DNA of 64,000 bases. It comes from Escherichia phage BYEP01. The translations under genes and the position numbers were made by a program. Location: sequence record OR757453.1, one strand, 5' to 3'. The notes under the pieces are model-generated. The model searched no databases. It was not told the DNA's origin and saw only the letters and a list, made by a program, of their open reading frames with translations. Below are positions 1-9,298 of the stretch, in pieces; within the stretch, counting starts at the first letter, position 1; every line of letters starts with the position of its first letter.

Positions 1-39
1 TTATCTTCTACTGTAGCTAGTGATAACATTAAAAACTTT

Positions 40-720
40 ATGAAGCCGAGCTTCATTAAATCTGAGACATCTATAACCGATTTGGTTGAATTTACTATTG
101 TTAACGATGTTAAAAAGACCCATTTGGCTGATTGGTTATCTACCATTCCCGAAACTAAATTTGCTGATAAATTCGCTTGTCAATTCAATGACCAAGTGAA
201 TATGCTTTTTAAGCATGCTCGTAAACTATTTACCGCGGGCGATGACCGTACAAATACAGTTCATGTTAAGGATTGGGTTATTGCTGATGAAGTAACACAC
301 AAGCCAGGTGGTTCATCAGTATTAATTAATATCCAGGTTCCTTATTATTACTCACGTAATCTCGGCACCATGACAGCTAGAGAAATTAATAAGCACAACA
401 AAATTATTCGTTCGTTGTCTTATAAACTCTGCACGATGGTGGAGATGATGGACGTAGTAGAAATGTATGACGAAACCGAAGATAATGGTTCAATGCTGTA
501 CAGTTCACGCATTCTAATTAAACTGAAGAACCCTAATACATATAAGACAGTTGTAAAAGAGCCTAAAGTAGAAAAGATTGATAACTTGAGCGAAGAACGC
601 GAATATCTCAATGCTCGTTTGATTGAAGTTGAAGCCCAAATTGCAGAACACACCAAATTGTTAAAAGCTCTTAATGCAAAAGCAAATGGTTTACGTAATG
701 CTATTGAGGTATTGAAATGA
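40..720 (+). CDS. hypothetical early protein, 226 aa, coiled-coil C-terminus (nrdC-flanking ORF)
   Basis: Long ORF with ATG start; position matches nrdC.x ORF cluster of T4-like phages. Confidence 0.6.
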   Translation: MKPSFIKSETSITDLVEFTIVNDVKKTHLADWLSTIPETKFADKFACQFNDQVNMLFKHARKLFTAGDDRTNTVHVKDWVIADEVTHKPGGSSVLINIQVPYYYSRNLGTMTAREINKHNKIIRSLSYKLCTMVEMMDVVEMYDETEDNGSMLYSSRILIKLKNPNTYKTVVKEPKVEKIDNLSEEREYLNARLIEVEAQIAEHTKLLKALNAKANGLRNAIEVLK

Positions 721-1031
721 AAAAGCGTCTATTAGAAGACATTGCAGCTTCAAGTAATTCCAGTTTAATTAAAATTATTATGGCCGGTGAAGAAGACGAT
801 CTGGAAATGCGTGGAAAGATTCATGGTTGTGATGATTATAGCAGCCCTATTAATTGGGATTCTGTAATGGTCATGGTTAAACGTCGCGAACGTGCTTCTA
901 AAAACGTTCCTAATTGCCCTGAATGTGGAACTGAACAGGTGCAATTGGTCCATTGGCAGACTAATAATCTTCGTTATAAATGTCGCCATTGTAAACACCG
1001 ATTTGACCGAGAAGAAAATGACCAAGCGTAA
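717..1031 (+). CDS. hypothetical protein with C-terminal zinc-ribbon (CPECG...CRHCKH)
   Basis: ORF 104 aa; ATGA stop/start overlap with upstream ORF; CxxC...CxxC motif. Confidence 0.55.
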   Translation: MKKRLLEDIAASSNSSLIKIIMAGEEDDLEMRGKIHGCDDYSSPINWDSVMVMVKRRERASKNVPNCPECGTEQVQLVHWQTNNLRYKCRHCKHRFDREENDQA

Positions 1032-1260
1032 AGAATATATGGAGACTGCTGAAAAGGCAGTCCGTGAATTAGTAATAGCTTATTATAATGAACATGGTAA
1101 ATTTCCTGATAGATACAGCGTGCTTAAATCTGCTTTAACTCGTTCATATAAAAATATGCTATCAGAAGTAAGTGATATTATATACAAACATAAAGAACAA
1201 ACGGGCCAAAGTCTTGATTACGACGAGACTTTTAAACAAGTACTAGGAATTAAGGAATAA
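1018..1260 (+). CDS. hypothetical protein, 80 aa
   Basis: ATG at 1018 in frame of track ORF 892..1260; upstream extension overlaps previous gene and is rejected. Confidence 0.45.
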   Translation: MTKRKEYMETAEKAVRELVIAYYNEHGKFPDRYSVLKSALTRSYKNMLSEVSDIIYKHKEQTGQSLDYDETFKQVLGIKE

Positions 1261-1261
1261 T

Positions 1262-1525
1262 ATGTTTAAAGTATATGGTTATGATAGCAACATCCATAAA
1301 TGCGTGTATTGTGATAATGCAAAACGTCTTTTGACCGTGAAGAAACAGCCATTTGAATTTATCAACATTATGCCGGAAAAAGGTGTTTTTGATGATGAGA
1401 AAATTGCTGAGCTTCTGACTAAACTAGGTCGTGATACTCAAATCGGCTTGACAATGCCTCAGGTATTTGCTCCTGATGGAAGTCATATTGGCGGCTTTGA
1501 CCAATTGCGGGAATACTTTAAATGA
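1262..1525 (+). CDS. nrdC: glutaredoxin/thioredoxin NrdC (87 aa)
   Basis: Protein MFKVYGYDSNIHKCVYCDNAKRLL... with CVYC active site recognised as T4 NrdC; length 87 aa. Confidence 0.95.
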   Translation: MFKVYGYDSNIHKCVYCDNAKRLLTVKKQPFEFINIMPEKGVFDDEKIAELLTKLGRDTQIGLTMPQVFAPDGSHIGGFDQLREYFK

Positions 1526-1737
1526 TGCTCGAAGGAACTGATTATATCCATGACTACCGCGGAAGCGCGGTATATGTAGGTGATGAAGTTGCAGTTTACT
1601 ATGGATATGGAACTTTGATGACAGCCAAAGTTATTCAAATTAAAAATAACCGTGCTAAACTTGAAGTTTATTATTCTAATGGCGAAAAGTCTATTTCTAA
1701 GTGGAAATACGGCGATTGTATGGTCAAACTGGGGTAA
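1522..1737 (+). CDS. hypothetical protein, 71 aa
   Basis: ORF with ATGA overlap to nrdC stop (translational coupling). Confidence 0.55.
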   Translation: MMLEGTDYIHDYRGSAVYVGDEVAVYYGYGTLMTAKVIQIKNNRAKLEVYYSNGEKSISKWKYGDCMVKLG

Positions 1738-1739
1738 AT

Positions 1740-1910
1740 ATGATTTACGATATTAGTGTAGCAAGAACTCCATCAATGGTTACTATTCCAGCTGAAGAAT
1801 TAGATCGTCTTCATAAAATTGAAGAACTTCTTTGGGAAATTGAATCTGATTTGCCATCAGGACTAGAATCCTGGATTGATTATGAAGAACTTAATAAGCT
1901 TCGGGGTTAA
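1740..1910 (+). CDS. hypothetical protein, 56 aa
   Basis: ATG at 1740 directly after upstream stop; in-frame part of track ORF 1701..1910. Confidence 0.45.
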   Translation: MIYDISVARTPSMVTIPAEELDRLHKIEELLWEIESDLPSGLESWIDYEELNKLRG

Positions 1911-1962
1911 ATCCTGGTGGGCGGCTAGATGGGAAACAGTAGAGCCAGAGCCGGAAGAACCG

Positions 1963-1992
1963 GTTTACACTGATGAAGAAACAGTATATAAT
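1963..1992 (+). promoter_or_regulatory. T4-type early promoter (GTTTAC -35, 18-bp spacer, TATAAT -10)
   Basis: gtttac at 1963-1968 and tataat at 1987-1992. Confidence 0.4.
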
Positions 1993-2032
1993 GAACCAAC
2001 GATAAATGACTTAATTGATATGGAGATGGGAC

Positions 2033-2479
2033 ATGATTACAGTAGATAAGTGGTTTAGAATTAATCGTGCTGATAAAGGGCTGTGTAATTACTGGCCGGA
2101 ACTTAGTGCAGGTACTGTCTTTAAAGTTCGTGAACTTGCAAAAGAATGCGAAGATGATATAGAACCTGATACTGGAATTATTGAAATTGAACTTTCTGAC
2201 GGAAAGGTTATTAACATCTATGATAAGCCAATTACGTATTGGTGCTTGTGGAATACTGAATCAGTAGAAAATGGCGAAATTGAAGAAGTTGTAGAACGAG
2301 CTGATCAAGCTCTTCATAAACCTAAAGCCGCTTTTCAAGGTGAACGCATTTCATACGCATTAGCTAAATTAGCTGCACAAGAAAATAACGATGGTTATGA
2401 AGGAAATTTGATGCAAGCTGCGGCAGAATATATTGAATGGCTTGAAACTCAAATTTCTTTTTCTGACCGAGCGTTTTAA
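2033..2479 (+). CDS. hypothetical acidic protein, 148 aa (occupies pin/49.x position)
   Basis: ATG at 2033 in frame of track ORF 2015..2479 (track start is TTG). Confidence 0.5.
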   Translation: MITVDKWFRINRADKGLCNYWPELSAGTVFKVRELAKECEDDIEPDTGIIEIELSDGKVINIYDKPITYWCLWNTESVENGEIEEVVERADQALHKPKAAFQGERISYALAKLAAQENNDGYEGNLMQAAAEYIEWLETQISFSDRAF

Positions 2480-2490
2480 TACTTGAAAAT

Positions 2491-2530
2491 AATAAATACC
2501 CTTATCTATTTAAGGTAAGGGTTTATTATG
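2491..2530 (+). promoter_or_regulatory. stem-loop overlapping ribosome-binding region of gene 49
   Basis: accctta (2498-2504) pairs with taagggt (2516-2522); ATG of gene 49 at 2528. Confidence 0.4.
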
Positions 2531-3001
2531 TTATTGACTGGCAAATTATATAAAGAAGAAAAACAGAAATTTTATGATGCACAAAATGGTAAATGCTTAA
2601 TTTGCCAACGAGAACTAAATCCTGATGTTCAAGCTAATCACCTTGACCATGACCATGAATTAAATGGACCAAAAGCAGGAAAGGTACGTGGATTGCTCTG
2701 TAATCTCTGTAATGCAGCAGAAGGTCAAATGAAGCATAAATTCAATCGTTCTGGCTTAAAGGGACAAGGTGTTGATTATCTTGAATGGTTAGAAAATTTA
2801 CTTACTTATTTAAAATCCGATTACACCCAAAATAATATTCACCCTAACTTTGTTGGAGATAAATCAAAGGAATTTTCTCGTTTAGGAAAAGAGGAAATGA
2901 TGGCTGAGATGCTTCAAAGAGGATTTGAATATAATGAATCTGACACTAAAACACAATTAATAGCTTCATTTAAGAAGCAGCTTAGAAAGAGTTTAAAATG
3001 A
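2528..3001 (+). CDS. 49: endonuclease VII (Holliday junction resolvase), 157 aa
   Basis: Protein MLLTGKLYKEEKQKFYDAQNGKCLICQ... recognised as T4 gp49; zinc-binding Cys cluster; length 157 aa. Confidence 0.9.
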   Translation: MLLTGKLYKEEKQKFYDAQNGKCLICQRELNPDVQANHLDHDHELNGPKAGKVRGLLCNLCNAAEGQMKHKFNRSGLKGQGVDYLEWLENLLTYLKSDYTQNNIHPNFVGDKSKEFSRLGKEEMMAEMLQRGFEYNESDTKTQLIASFKKQLRKSLK

Positions 3002-3535
3002 CGATTGAAAAAGAAATTGAAGGATTAATTCATAAAACTAATAAAGACCTTTTAAACGAGAATGCTAATAAAGATTCTCGTGTTTTTCCAACTCAACGGG
3101 ACCTTATGGCTGGTATTGTGTCTAAACATATTGCCAAAAATATGGTCCCGTCTTTTATTATGAAAGCGCATGAAAGCGGAATTATTCACGTGCACGATAT
3201 TGATTATTCCCCTGCTCTTCCATTTACTAATTGCTGTTTAGTAGATTTAAAAGGAATGCTTGAGAATGGATTTAAGCTCGGTAATGCACAGATTGAAACT
3301 CCTAAATCAATCGGTGTTGCTACTGCAATTATGGCACAAATTACTGCGCAGGTTGCTTCTCATCAATATGGCGGAACGACTTTTGCGAATGTAGATAAAG
3401 TACTTTCTCCTTATGTTAAACGCACCTATGCAAAACATATTGAGGACGCAGAAAAATGGCAAATCGCTGACGCGTTGAATTATGCCCAATCTAAAACAGA
3501 AAAAGACGTATACGATGCATTCCAAGCTTATGAGT
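2998..3535 (+). CDS. nrdD: anaerobic ribonucleotide reductase NrdD, exon 1
   Basis: ORF aligns to N-terminal third of class III RNR; ORF ends in stop 3541-3543 inside intron; 5' splice site after U3535 inferred from P1 pairing. Confidence 0.85.
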
Positions 3536-3868
3536 TAATTTAATTCAGGCTCATGTAAAACCGGTCTAAACGGGGAACCTCTCTAGTAGACAATCCCGTG
3601 CTAAATGTTCTTTTGAACTAAATGCCTAACGACTAACCGTGATGAATGTAGCGGTGTAGAATAGAAGCTAATGCTATTCGAAACGGCCGGCATCGAAAGA
3701 TGAAGATATAGTCTAATCTGCATGGCGACATGCAGCAGTCATCTTGTATAAATAAGATTATCTTATGAATACGAGGTGAAACAATGAAATGGATAAAAGA
3801 CGTTGCATATCTATGGACTATCCAAATTTTGTTGTTTCATATAAACGGGCATGAATTTGCGTCTCATG
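3536..3868 (+). ncRNA. group I self-splicing intron in nrdD, no homing endonuclease ORF (about 333 nt)
   Basis: P1: exon atgagt (3530-3535) pairs with intron gctcat (3549-3554) with U.G at splice site; P10: ttcag (3544-3548) pairs with exon-2 start ctgaa (3869-3873); conserved P (cggggaa), Q (aatcccgtgc), R (acgactaa) and S (aagatatagtc) elements; P9 hairpin ctgcatggcgacatgcag; omega-G at 3868. Confidence 0.75.
3747..3754 (+). promoter_or_regulatory. late-promoter consensus TATAAATA inside the nrdD intron
   Basis: Exact TATAAATA; followed by SD gaggtg and in-frame ATG at 3784. Confidence 0.4.
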
Positions 3869-5160
3869 CTGAATATAATGATGAAGTAAATACACTTTTC
3901 AGCTCTAATGGACAAACGCCTTTTGTAACAATTACGTTTGGTACGGGAACCGACTGGACTGAACGAATGATTCAGAAAGCAATTCTTAAAAACCGCATTA
4001 AAGGCCTTGGTCGTGATGGGATAACTCCTATTTTCCCTAAGCTTGTTATGTTCGTTGAAGAGGGTGTTAATCTTTATAAAGACGATCCGAACTATGATAT
4101 TAAGCAGCTTGCTTTAGAGTGCGCAAGCAAAAGGATGTATCCTGATATTATTTCAGCTAAGAACAATAAAGCTATCACGGGTTCATCTATTCCTGTTTCT
4201 CCAATGGGTTGTCGTAGTTTCTTGGGCGTATGGAAAGATTCCACTGGTAATGAAATTCTTGATGGACGTAATAATCTTGGCGTTGTAACACTGAATCTTC
4301 CTCGTATTGCGTTAGATTCTTATATTGGAACACAGTTCAATGAACAGAAATTTGCCGAATTGTTCAATGAACGAATGGATTTATGTTTTGAAGCTTTGAT
4401 GTGTAGAATTAGTTCCTTAAAAGGAGTTAAAGCGACTGTTGCTCCTATTCTTTATCAAGAAGGTGCATTCGGGGTTCGTCTTAAACCTGATGACGATATA
4501 ATTGAGTTATTTAAAAACGGTAGAAGTTCAGTGTCCCTAGGATACATTGGTATTCACGAATTGAATATTCTTGTCGGTCGTGATATTGGACAAGAAATTT
4601 TAACTAAAATGAATGCTCGTCTTAAGCAGTGGACTGAAAGAACCGGTTTTGCTTTTAGTTTGTATTCTACTCCTGCTGAAAACCTGTGCTATCGCTTCTG
4701 TAAACTTGATACCGAAAAATATGGAAGTGTAAAAGATGTTACCGATAAAGGCTGGTACACTAACAGTTTCCACGTTTCAGTAGAAGAAAATATTACTCCG
4801 TTTGAAAAGATTTCTCGCGAAGCCCCGTATCATTTCATTGCGACAGGTGGTCACATTTCTTATGTTGAACTTCCTGATATGAAAAATAACTTAAAAGGCC
4901 TTGAGGCCATATGGGATTATGCTGCACAACATTTAGATTATTTTGGTGTTAACATGCCGGTAGATAAATGTTTTACATGCGGAAGTACCCATGAAATGAC
5001 TCCTACTGAAAACGGATTTGTTTGTTCTATTTGTGGAGAAACTGATCCTAAAAAGATGAACACAATAAGAAGAACATGCGGATATCTTGGAACTCCTAGC
5101 GTTGTTCCATGGAATTTAGGTAAAATGAAAGAAATGGTAAAACGAGTAAAACATGCATAG
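3869..5160 (+). CDS. nrdD: anaerobic ribonucleotide reductase NrdD, exon 2 (glycyl-radical domain)
   Basis: Contains C-terminal Cys cluster CFTCG...CSICG and glycyl radical motif RRTCGYLG; frame continuous with exon 1 after splicing (…AYE-S-EYNDEV…); total about 609 aa. Confidence 0.85.
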
Positions 5161-5983
5161 GTATTATATAATTTATAAAATAACAAATATAATTAATTCA
5201 AAGGAATATATCGGTGCGCATAGCACCGATAACATAAATGACGGTTATATGGGGTCAGGAACATTGATTCGTGCCGCTTTATTAAAATATGGTAGAAAAA
5301 ATTTTAATAAAGAAATTTTACATGTTTTTGATAATGAAAAACAAATGTATGATAAAGAAGCTGAACTTGTAACCGAAGAGTATTGTCTAAAAGAAAATAC
5401 ATATAATATTAAACCTGGTGGAAAAGGTGGAACTGCCTATGAACAGACACTTGAACATCGCCGCAAAAATAGTTTAGCAAATAAAGGTAAAAAGAGAACA
5501 GAAGAAACTAAAATAGCTATTTCACGTGCTTTAAAGAAATATAAACGTACGCCAGCGCATCAAGCAAATTTAAATAAAGCCGTAAGCATAGCTATGAAGC
5601 GAAAAGATGTTAGAAGTAAATTAGCTGGAGAGCGGTCTGAGAAAGATAAATTATCTATATCAAACGGTGTTAAAAAATATTACAATTCTTTGAGTGAAGA
5701 AGAACGCGAACTTCATCGCAAGCGAATTATTGAAGGTAAAAAGAATTCTCCCATGTCATTGGAATCTAGACAAAAGCTTTCAAAAGCTTTAAAAGGACTT
5801 CAAGTTGGTTCAAAAAATCCAATGTATGGAAAAATTTCTCCAACTAGCAAAACCGTTTCAGTTGACGGTATTAAATATGATTCAATTAAAAAGTGCTCAA
5901 ATGCCATAAAAGTTTCTAGACATCTTATACTAAAACGCTGTAATTCTACTGATGAAGCTTGGAAAAATTGGATATTATTATGA
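5153..5983 (+). CDS. freestanding GIY-YIG homing endonuclease (276 aa)
   Basis: N-terminal YYIIYKITN...YIGAHS (GIY-YIG) motif, basic NUMOD-like middle, C-terminal HTH-like tail; start overlaps nrdD stop, stop overlaps nrdG start. Confidence 0.8.
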   Translation: MHRYYIIYKITNIINSKEYIGAHSTDNINDGYMGSGTLIRAALLKYGRKNFNKEILHVFDNEKQMYDKEAELVTEEYCLKENTYNIKPGGKGGTAYEQTLEHRRKNSLANKGKKRTEETKIAISRALKKYKRTPAHQANLNKAVSIAMKRKDVRSKLAGERSEKDKLSISNGVKKYYNSLSEEERELHRKRIIEGKKNSPMSLESRQKLSKALKGLQVGSKNPMYGKISPTSKTVSVDGIKYDSIKKCSNAIKVSRHLILKRCNSTDEAWKNWILL

Positions 5984-6450
5984 ATTATGACAGAATATAC
6001 CCGTGCTGCTTTGTTAATGGTCCTGGATGCAGGACAGTTCTTTTCGTTACAGGTTGTTTGCATAAATGCGAAGGGTGTTATAATAAATCAACATGGAATG
6101 CTAGAAATGGCGTTCCATTTACTGGTGAAACACTAGAACAATTAATTGAATGTTTGAATAATGATTATATAGAAGGATTAACTATAACTGGAGGTGACCC
6201 TCTTTATCCTGATAACCGAGATGATGTTCATTGCATTGTTCAAACTGTAAAAAATCTTTATCCAAATAAAAGCATTTGGTTGTGGACAGGGTACAAGTTT
6301 GAAGATATTAAACAACTAGAAATGCTTAAATATGTTGATGTTATTATTGATGGGAAGTATGAGAAAAATCTTCCAACCAAAAAGCTGTGGCGAGGTTCAG
6401 ATAATCAGCGACTTTGGTCAAATACCGATGGGGTGTGGAAACATGATTAA
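5980..6450 (+). CDS. nrdG: anaerobic RNR activating enzyme NrdG (radical SAM), 156 aa
   Basis: CxxxCxxC-type cluster (CLHKCEGCYN); length matches T4 NrdG; ATG at 5980 (ATGA overlap). Confidence 0.85.
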   Translation: MNYDRIYPCCFVNGPGCRTVLFVTGCLHKCEGCYNKSTWNARNGVPFTGETLEQLIECLNNDYIEGLTITGGDPLYPDNRDDVHCIVQTVKNLYPNKSIWLWTGYKFEDIKQLEMLKYVDVIIDGKYEKNLPTKKLWRGSDNQRLWSNTDGVWKHD

Positions 6451-6564
6451 ACTGAATTATATTATTGATACTATAAATGATATGATTTTTCATTTTGGTC
6501 CAGAATTTTATTCGCAGTATAGTTTAGTACTTATCAATGCTTGGTTAATCAATTAAGGGTAAAT

Positions 6565-6780
6565 ATGTATAAATTTCGTAAAGGTTTAGCTGATTTTCTT
6601 ACAACTGTAACGTTCTTTTTGTTTATGGCAGTTGGTGCTATTTTTCTTATTCCTTTTATTGCTATATTTTTCGTAATTAGCTTAATTTCTCCAGAAAAAG
6701 GCTTATCTTCTAGCGAGTTCAATGAGCGTCTGGATAAAATTACTAACAAGCTTAATGCTGTTCTTGATAAAAAGGCTTAA
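6565..6780 (+). CDS. hypothetical membrane protein, 71 aa
   Basis: ATG at 6565 with upstream AGGG; strongly hydrophobic segment. Confidence 0.55.
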   Translation: MYKFRKGLADFLTTVTFFLFMAVGAIFLIPFIAIFFVISLISPEKGLSSSEFNERLDKITNKLNAVLDKKA

Positions 6781-6782
6781 TT

Positions 6783-7094
6783 ATGATTAGTTTTGAGCAG
6801 TATGTGGTAGAGAGTTGGAAGGGGTTTGATATGTTTGGTAATGACTATTATTTCTATGAATGTAGTCTAAATCCTAGTTTTTGGGCTGGACGTGAACGAG
6901 ATCTCGAAGAAATTAATGCTCGTGCTGAATTGTTAGGTGAACTGCCTACGGTTTATTTTACCTTTGATGCATCTGGATTTGTTATCCAGGTTTATTTTCC
7001 TGAAGAAAATTCTGGCGATGATTCTGTTAACCCGCCATACTGGGCTTATCAAGGAATTATTTCTCGTGGAACAAAACTCGAACTTAAAGAATAA
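6783..7094 (+). CDS. hypothetical protein, 103 aa
   Basis: ORF with ATG start. Confidence 0.5.
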   Translation: MISFEQYVVESWKGFDMFGNDYYFYECSLNPSFWAGRERDLEEINARAELLGELPTVYFTFDASGFVIQVYFPEENSGDDSVNPPYWAYQGIISRGTKLELKE

Positions 7095-7389
7095 GATTGA
7101 AGTCTATGGAATTCCAGATGAAGTAGGTCGTTGTCCTGGATGTCAATCAGTTACAAAACTTCTAAAGGAGCTCAATGCTCCTTTTATTTTCTATAAAGTT
7201 CTTACAAATAATGGTAAGATTGAGTATGATCGTCCACTGATTGTATCTCTTGCTAAACGAGCTGGATTCACATCTCTTAACATTCGTTATCCAGTCATTT
7301 TCATTAATGATTCTAGACAAAAGAACATTAAACACTTCAAAGAAACTCTCATTTCGCTTGGATATGATAGAGATATCATAGAAGATTAA
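7066..7389 (+). CDS. nrdH: glutaredoxin-like protein NrdH (start uncertain, GTG proposed)
   Basis: KIEVYGIP...CPGC glutaredoxin fold signature; no ATG near N-terminus; GTG at 7066 preceded by aagga. Confidence 0.6.
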   Translation: MEQNSNLKNKIEVYGIPDEVGRCPGCQSVTKLLKELNAPFIFYKVLTNNGKIEYDRPLIVSLAKRAGFTSLNIRYPVIFINDSRQKNIKHFKETLISLGYDRDIIED

Positions 7390-7392
7390 GAC

Positions 7393-7414
7393 GGGCCCTC
7401 TGGGCCTTTCTTTC
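7393..7414 (+). terminator. putative rho-independent terminator
   Basis: ggccc-tct-gggcc hairpin followed by T-rich tract. Confidence 0.4.
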
Positions 7415-7487
7415 TCACATTCTGTATATTACCATTCTAAGCTATCGTTCCTTTCTTATCATTCCCTAAAATATTTTTCACAAAGTT

Positions 7488-7517
7488 GTTTACAACGAGC
7501 TCAAACTGTGGTATTAT
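7488..7517 (+). promoter_or_regulatory. T4-type early promoter
   Basis: gtttac 7488-7493, 18-bp spacer, tattat 7512-7517, upstream tttttcacaaa. Confidence 0.5.
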
Positions 7518-7547
7518 TAACATATGAATTGCCTTTGAGGATTTGAT

Positions 7548-7730
7548 ATGGTTGTGGTTGATAAAGAAATTAAAAAGGGACAGTATTATTTTATTAATGG
7601 TAGTGTTGTTCGTGTTACTTATGTAAACGGTTTTGAAGTTTATTATCTTATACTCAAGTTACATAAACAGATGATTTGTGACCGTGCTGTATTTAGTTCA
7701 GTTGCTAAGGAAATTAAACTCCATGGGTAA
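7548..7730 (+). CDS. hypothetical protein, 60 aa
   Basis: ATG with SD gagg upstream. Confidence 0.5.
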   Translation: MVVVDKEIKKGQYYFINGSVVRVTYVNGFEVYYLILKLHKQMICDRAVFSSVAKEIKLHG

Positions 7731-8016
7731 AACGTATCGTCGTAAAGACTTGAAAGTTCGTGATTATGACTATTTCGGAAAGCGTAAAGCTCCTGATGGT
7801 GTAAGTCATAAAGATATGGTTGAAAACATTTTTCGCTCTGATAAATGGCGTAGAATGAAAGGCATTGATTCAGAAGTTAAAGATGAGCTAAATCGTCAAT
7901 TACGTAGTGAAGTAAGAAAGTTGAAAAAATCAGTTTACATTGACGATGATTTTGATTATAATACTTCTCAACGAGTTGCTAAACGTAAATCAAACGAGTG
8001 TTATCGTTACAGCTGA
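7723..8016 (+). CDS. hypothetical basic protein, 97 aa
   Basis: ATG at 7723 in frame of track ORF 7678..8016. Confidence 0.5.
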   Translation: MGKTYRRKDLKVRDYDYFGKRKAPDGVSHKDMVENIFRSDKWRRMKGIDSEVKDELNRQLRSEVRKLKKSVYIDDDFDYNTSQRVAKRKSNECYRYS

Positions 8017-8023
8017 GGAAAAT

Positions 8024-8155
8024 ATGAATATCAAACGAATGCTTTTTAAACAAGGATTATACACTTTAAATGTTACTCCAAAAGGTGATACAACTAAGTG
8101 GTCAGTAAATGACTGGATTAAATTTATTGATGAAAACGGTAACTGGAAAATTTAA
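8024..8155 (+). CDS. hypothetical protein, 43 aa
   Basis: ATG at 8024 with SD gagga. Confidence 0.4.
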   Translation: MNIKRMLFKQGLYTLNVTPKGDTTKWSVNDWIKFIDENGNWKI

Positions 8156-8356
8156 ATGAATCCTGAATCTAAATTATCACAACGAATTGCCGAAGCTCGT
8201 CGTCAGTTCTTTGAAAATATGATAGCCCAAGGTATTGATGATGAAGTTTTTCTAAACTGGTTTTGGAATCACAAATATTCAAGTTGCTCAGGAGCAATAT
8301 TAATATCAGCCGCAATGATGTACGAAGGCTGGAAGGGTGCCAAACGGTTTAGCTAA
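8156..8356 (+). CDS. hypothetical protein, 66 aa
   Basis: ORF with ATG start, followed by terminator. Confidence 0.5.
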   Translation: MNPESKLSQRIAEARRQFFENMIAQGIDDEVFLNWFWNHKYSSCSGAILISAAMMYEGWKGAKRFS

Positions 8357-8373
8357 GGGCTTCGGCCCTTTTT
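8357..8373 (+). terminator. rho-independent terminator
   Basis: gggcttcggccc hairpin plus TTTTT. Confidence 0.6.
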
Positions 8374-8408
8374 GGATAATAAAATTTTAACGTAATTGAG
8401 GATAATGT

Positions 8409-8729
8409 ATGACTATTCAAATTAAAAACGTCATTAATTCTTACGCATATGATAAAGTAGTTTCTTTGCTAGAAAAAGGCGATATTGTAACTCCTCAAAT
8501 TTTGGATAAATGGGAAAAAGAGCTTCATCAAATGATGAAACAGAATGATCAGAAGATTGGACGCAATACTGTCCGTGAATTGTTGGTTCAATATATCTTG
8601 TCAGAATTTGATGTTAAAGCTTTTGGTGTAGAATCTAAAGCTTATCAAAAGCATGAAATTTCCGATAAAACTATTCGTCGCATGAAAAATCAACGCAAGA
8701 AAAAATTTGCAGACCTGAAAAATTGCTAA
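8409..8729 (+). CDS. hypothetical protein, 106 aa
   Basis: ORF with ATG and SD gagga. Confidence 0.55.
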   Translation: MTIQIKNVINSYAYDKVVSLLEKGDIVTPQILDKWEKELHQMMKQNDQKIGRNTVRELLVQYILSEFDVKAFGVESKAYQKHEISDKTIRRMKNQRKKKFADLKNC

Positions 8730-8738
8730 GGTATGAAT

Positions 8739-8954
8739 ATGAACGAAGCTCTTATTAACGATTTGCGTCTTGCCGGATATGAAGTAAATACAAACGGCAT
8801 TGGTTTAACTCAAATTGAAGGAAATGGATTCATCCTTGAGTATGAATTTAGCCAATGGTGGTTATACGCTAATTACGGCGAATTGATTGAATACGTTGAC
8901 CAATTTGATTCACTAGATGCAGCTCTTGAAGCGGCTAAGTTGATGAATGCATGA
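8739..8954 (+). CDS. hypothetical acidic protein, 71 aa
   Basis: Second ATG has correct SD spacing (aagg). Confidence 0.5.
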   Translation: MNEALINDLRLAGYEVNTNGIGLTQIEGNGFILEYEFSQWWLYANYGELIEYVDQFDSLDAALEAAKLMNA

Positions 8955-9220
8955 AATTTATTAATATTTCTATTACTATTGAAAATTATGGAATTTTCTA
9001 TGTTGACCAATATATGAAAATTTCATTTTTCCCAAATAAGACTGGTGTTGGATATTGGGAAAGCCATGTTTCTGAATTAAATGAAAGCGAATATGTTAGC
9101 ACACATGAAAAGTTTTTAGACTTTTTATATCATGCTGATTTAACTAGTCATTATATAGATATTCATGAATTTAAAAAGATGATGGAGAAAGTATTCCAAG
9201 CATACTGTTTACTTAGATAA
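8951..9220 (+). CDS. hypothetical protein, 89 aa
   Basis: ORF with ATGA overlap. Confidence 0.5.
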   Translation: MKFINISITIENYGIFYVDQYMKISFFPNKTGVGYWESHVSELNESEYVSTHEKFLDFLYHADLTSHYIDIHEFKKMMEKVFQAYCLLR

Positions 9221-9232
9221 CTGATATCCTCT

Positions 9233-9261
9233 ATGCTTTAAGATAGATCTTCAAATATTAT
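9233..9261 (+). promoter_or_regulatory. possible middle promoter (MotA box aTGCTTtA plus -10)
   Basis: atgcttta 9233-9240 upstream of gene 55. Confidence 0.3.
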
Positions 9262-9298
9262 GATATAATAGATCTATGAATTGAGCTAAGAGGTGAAA

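Noticed and set aside
892-1017. Upstream part of track ORF 892..1260
   Set aside because: Overlaps the preceding zinc-ribbon ORF in another frame; ATG 1018 right at that ORF's stop is the more plausible start.
6332-6556. 74-aa ORF overlapping the end of nrdG
   Set aside because: Out-of-frame overlap with nrdG for most of its length; only a possible 37-codon tail after the nrdG stop would be independent, and it lacks an SD.
7081-7100. Apparent lack of a start codon for nrdH
   Set aside because: Not treated as a pseudogene: an in-frame GTG at 7066 with an aagga SD gives a plausible 107-aa glutaredoxin; flagged only as start uncertainty.
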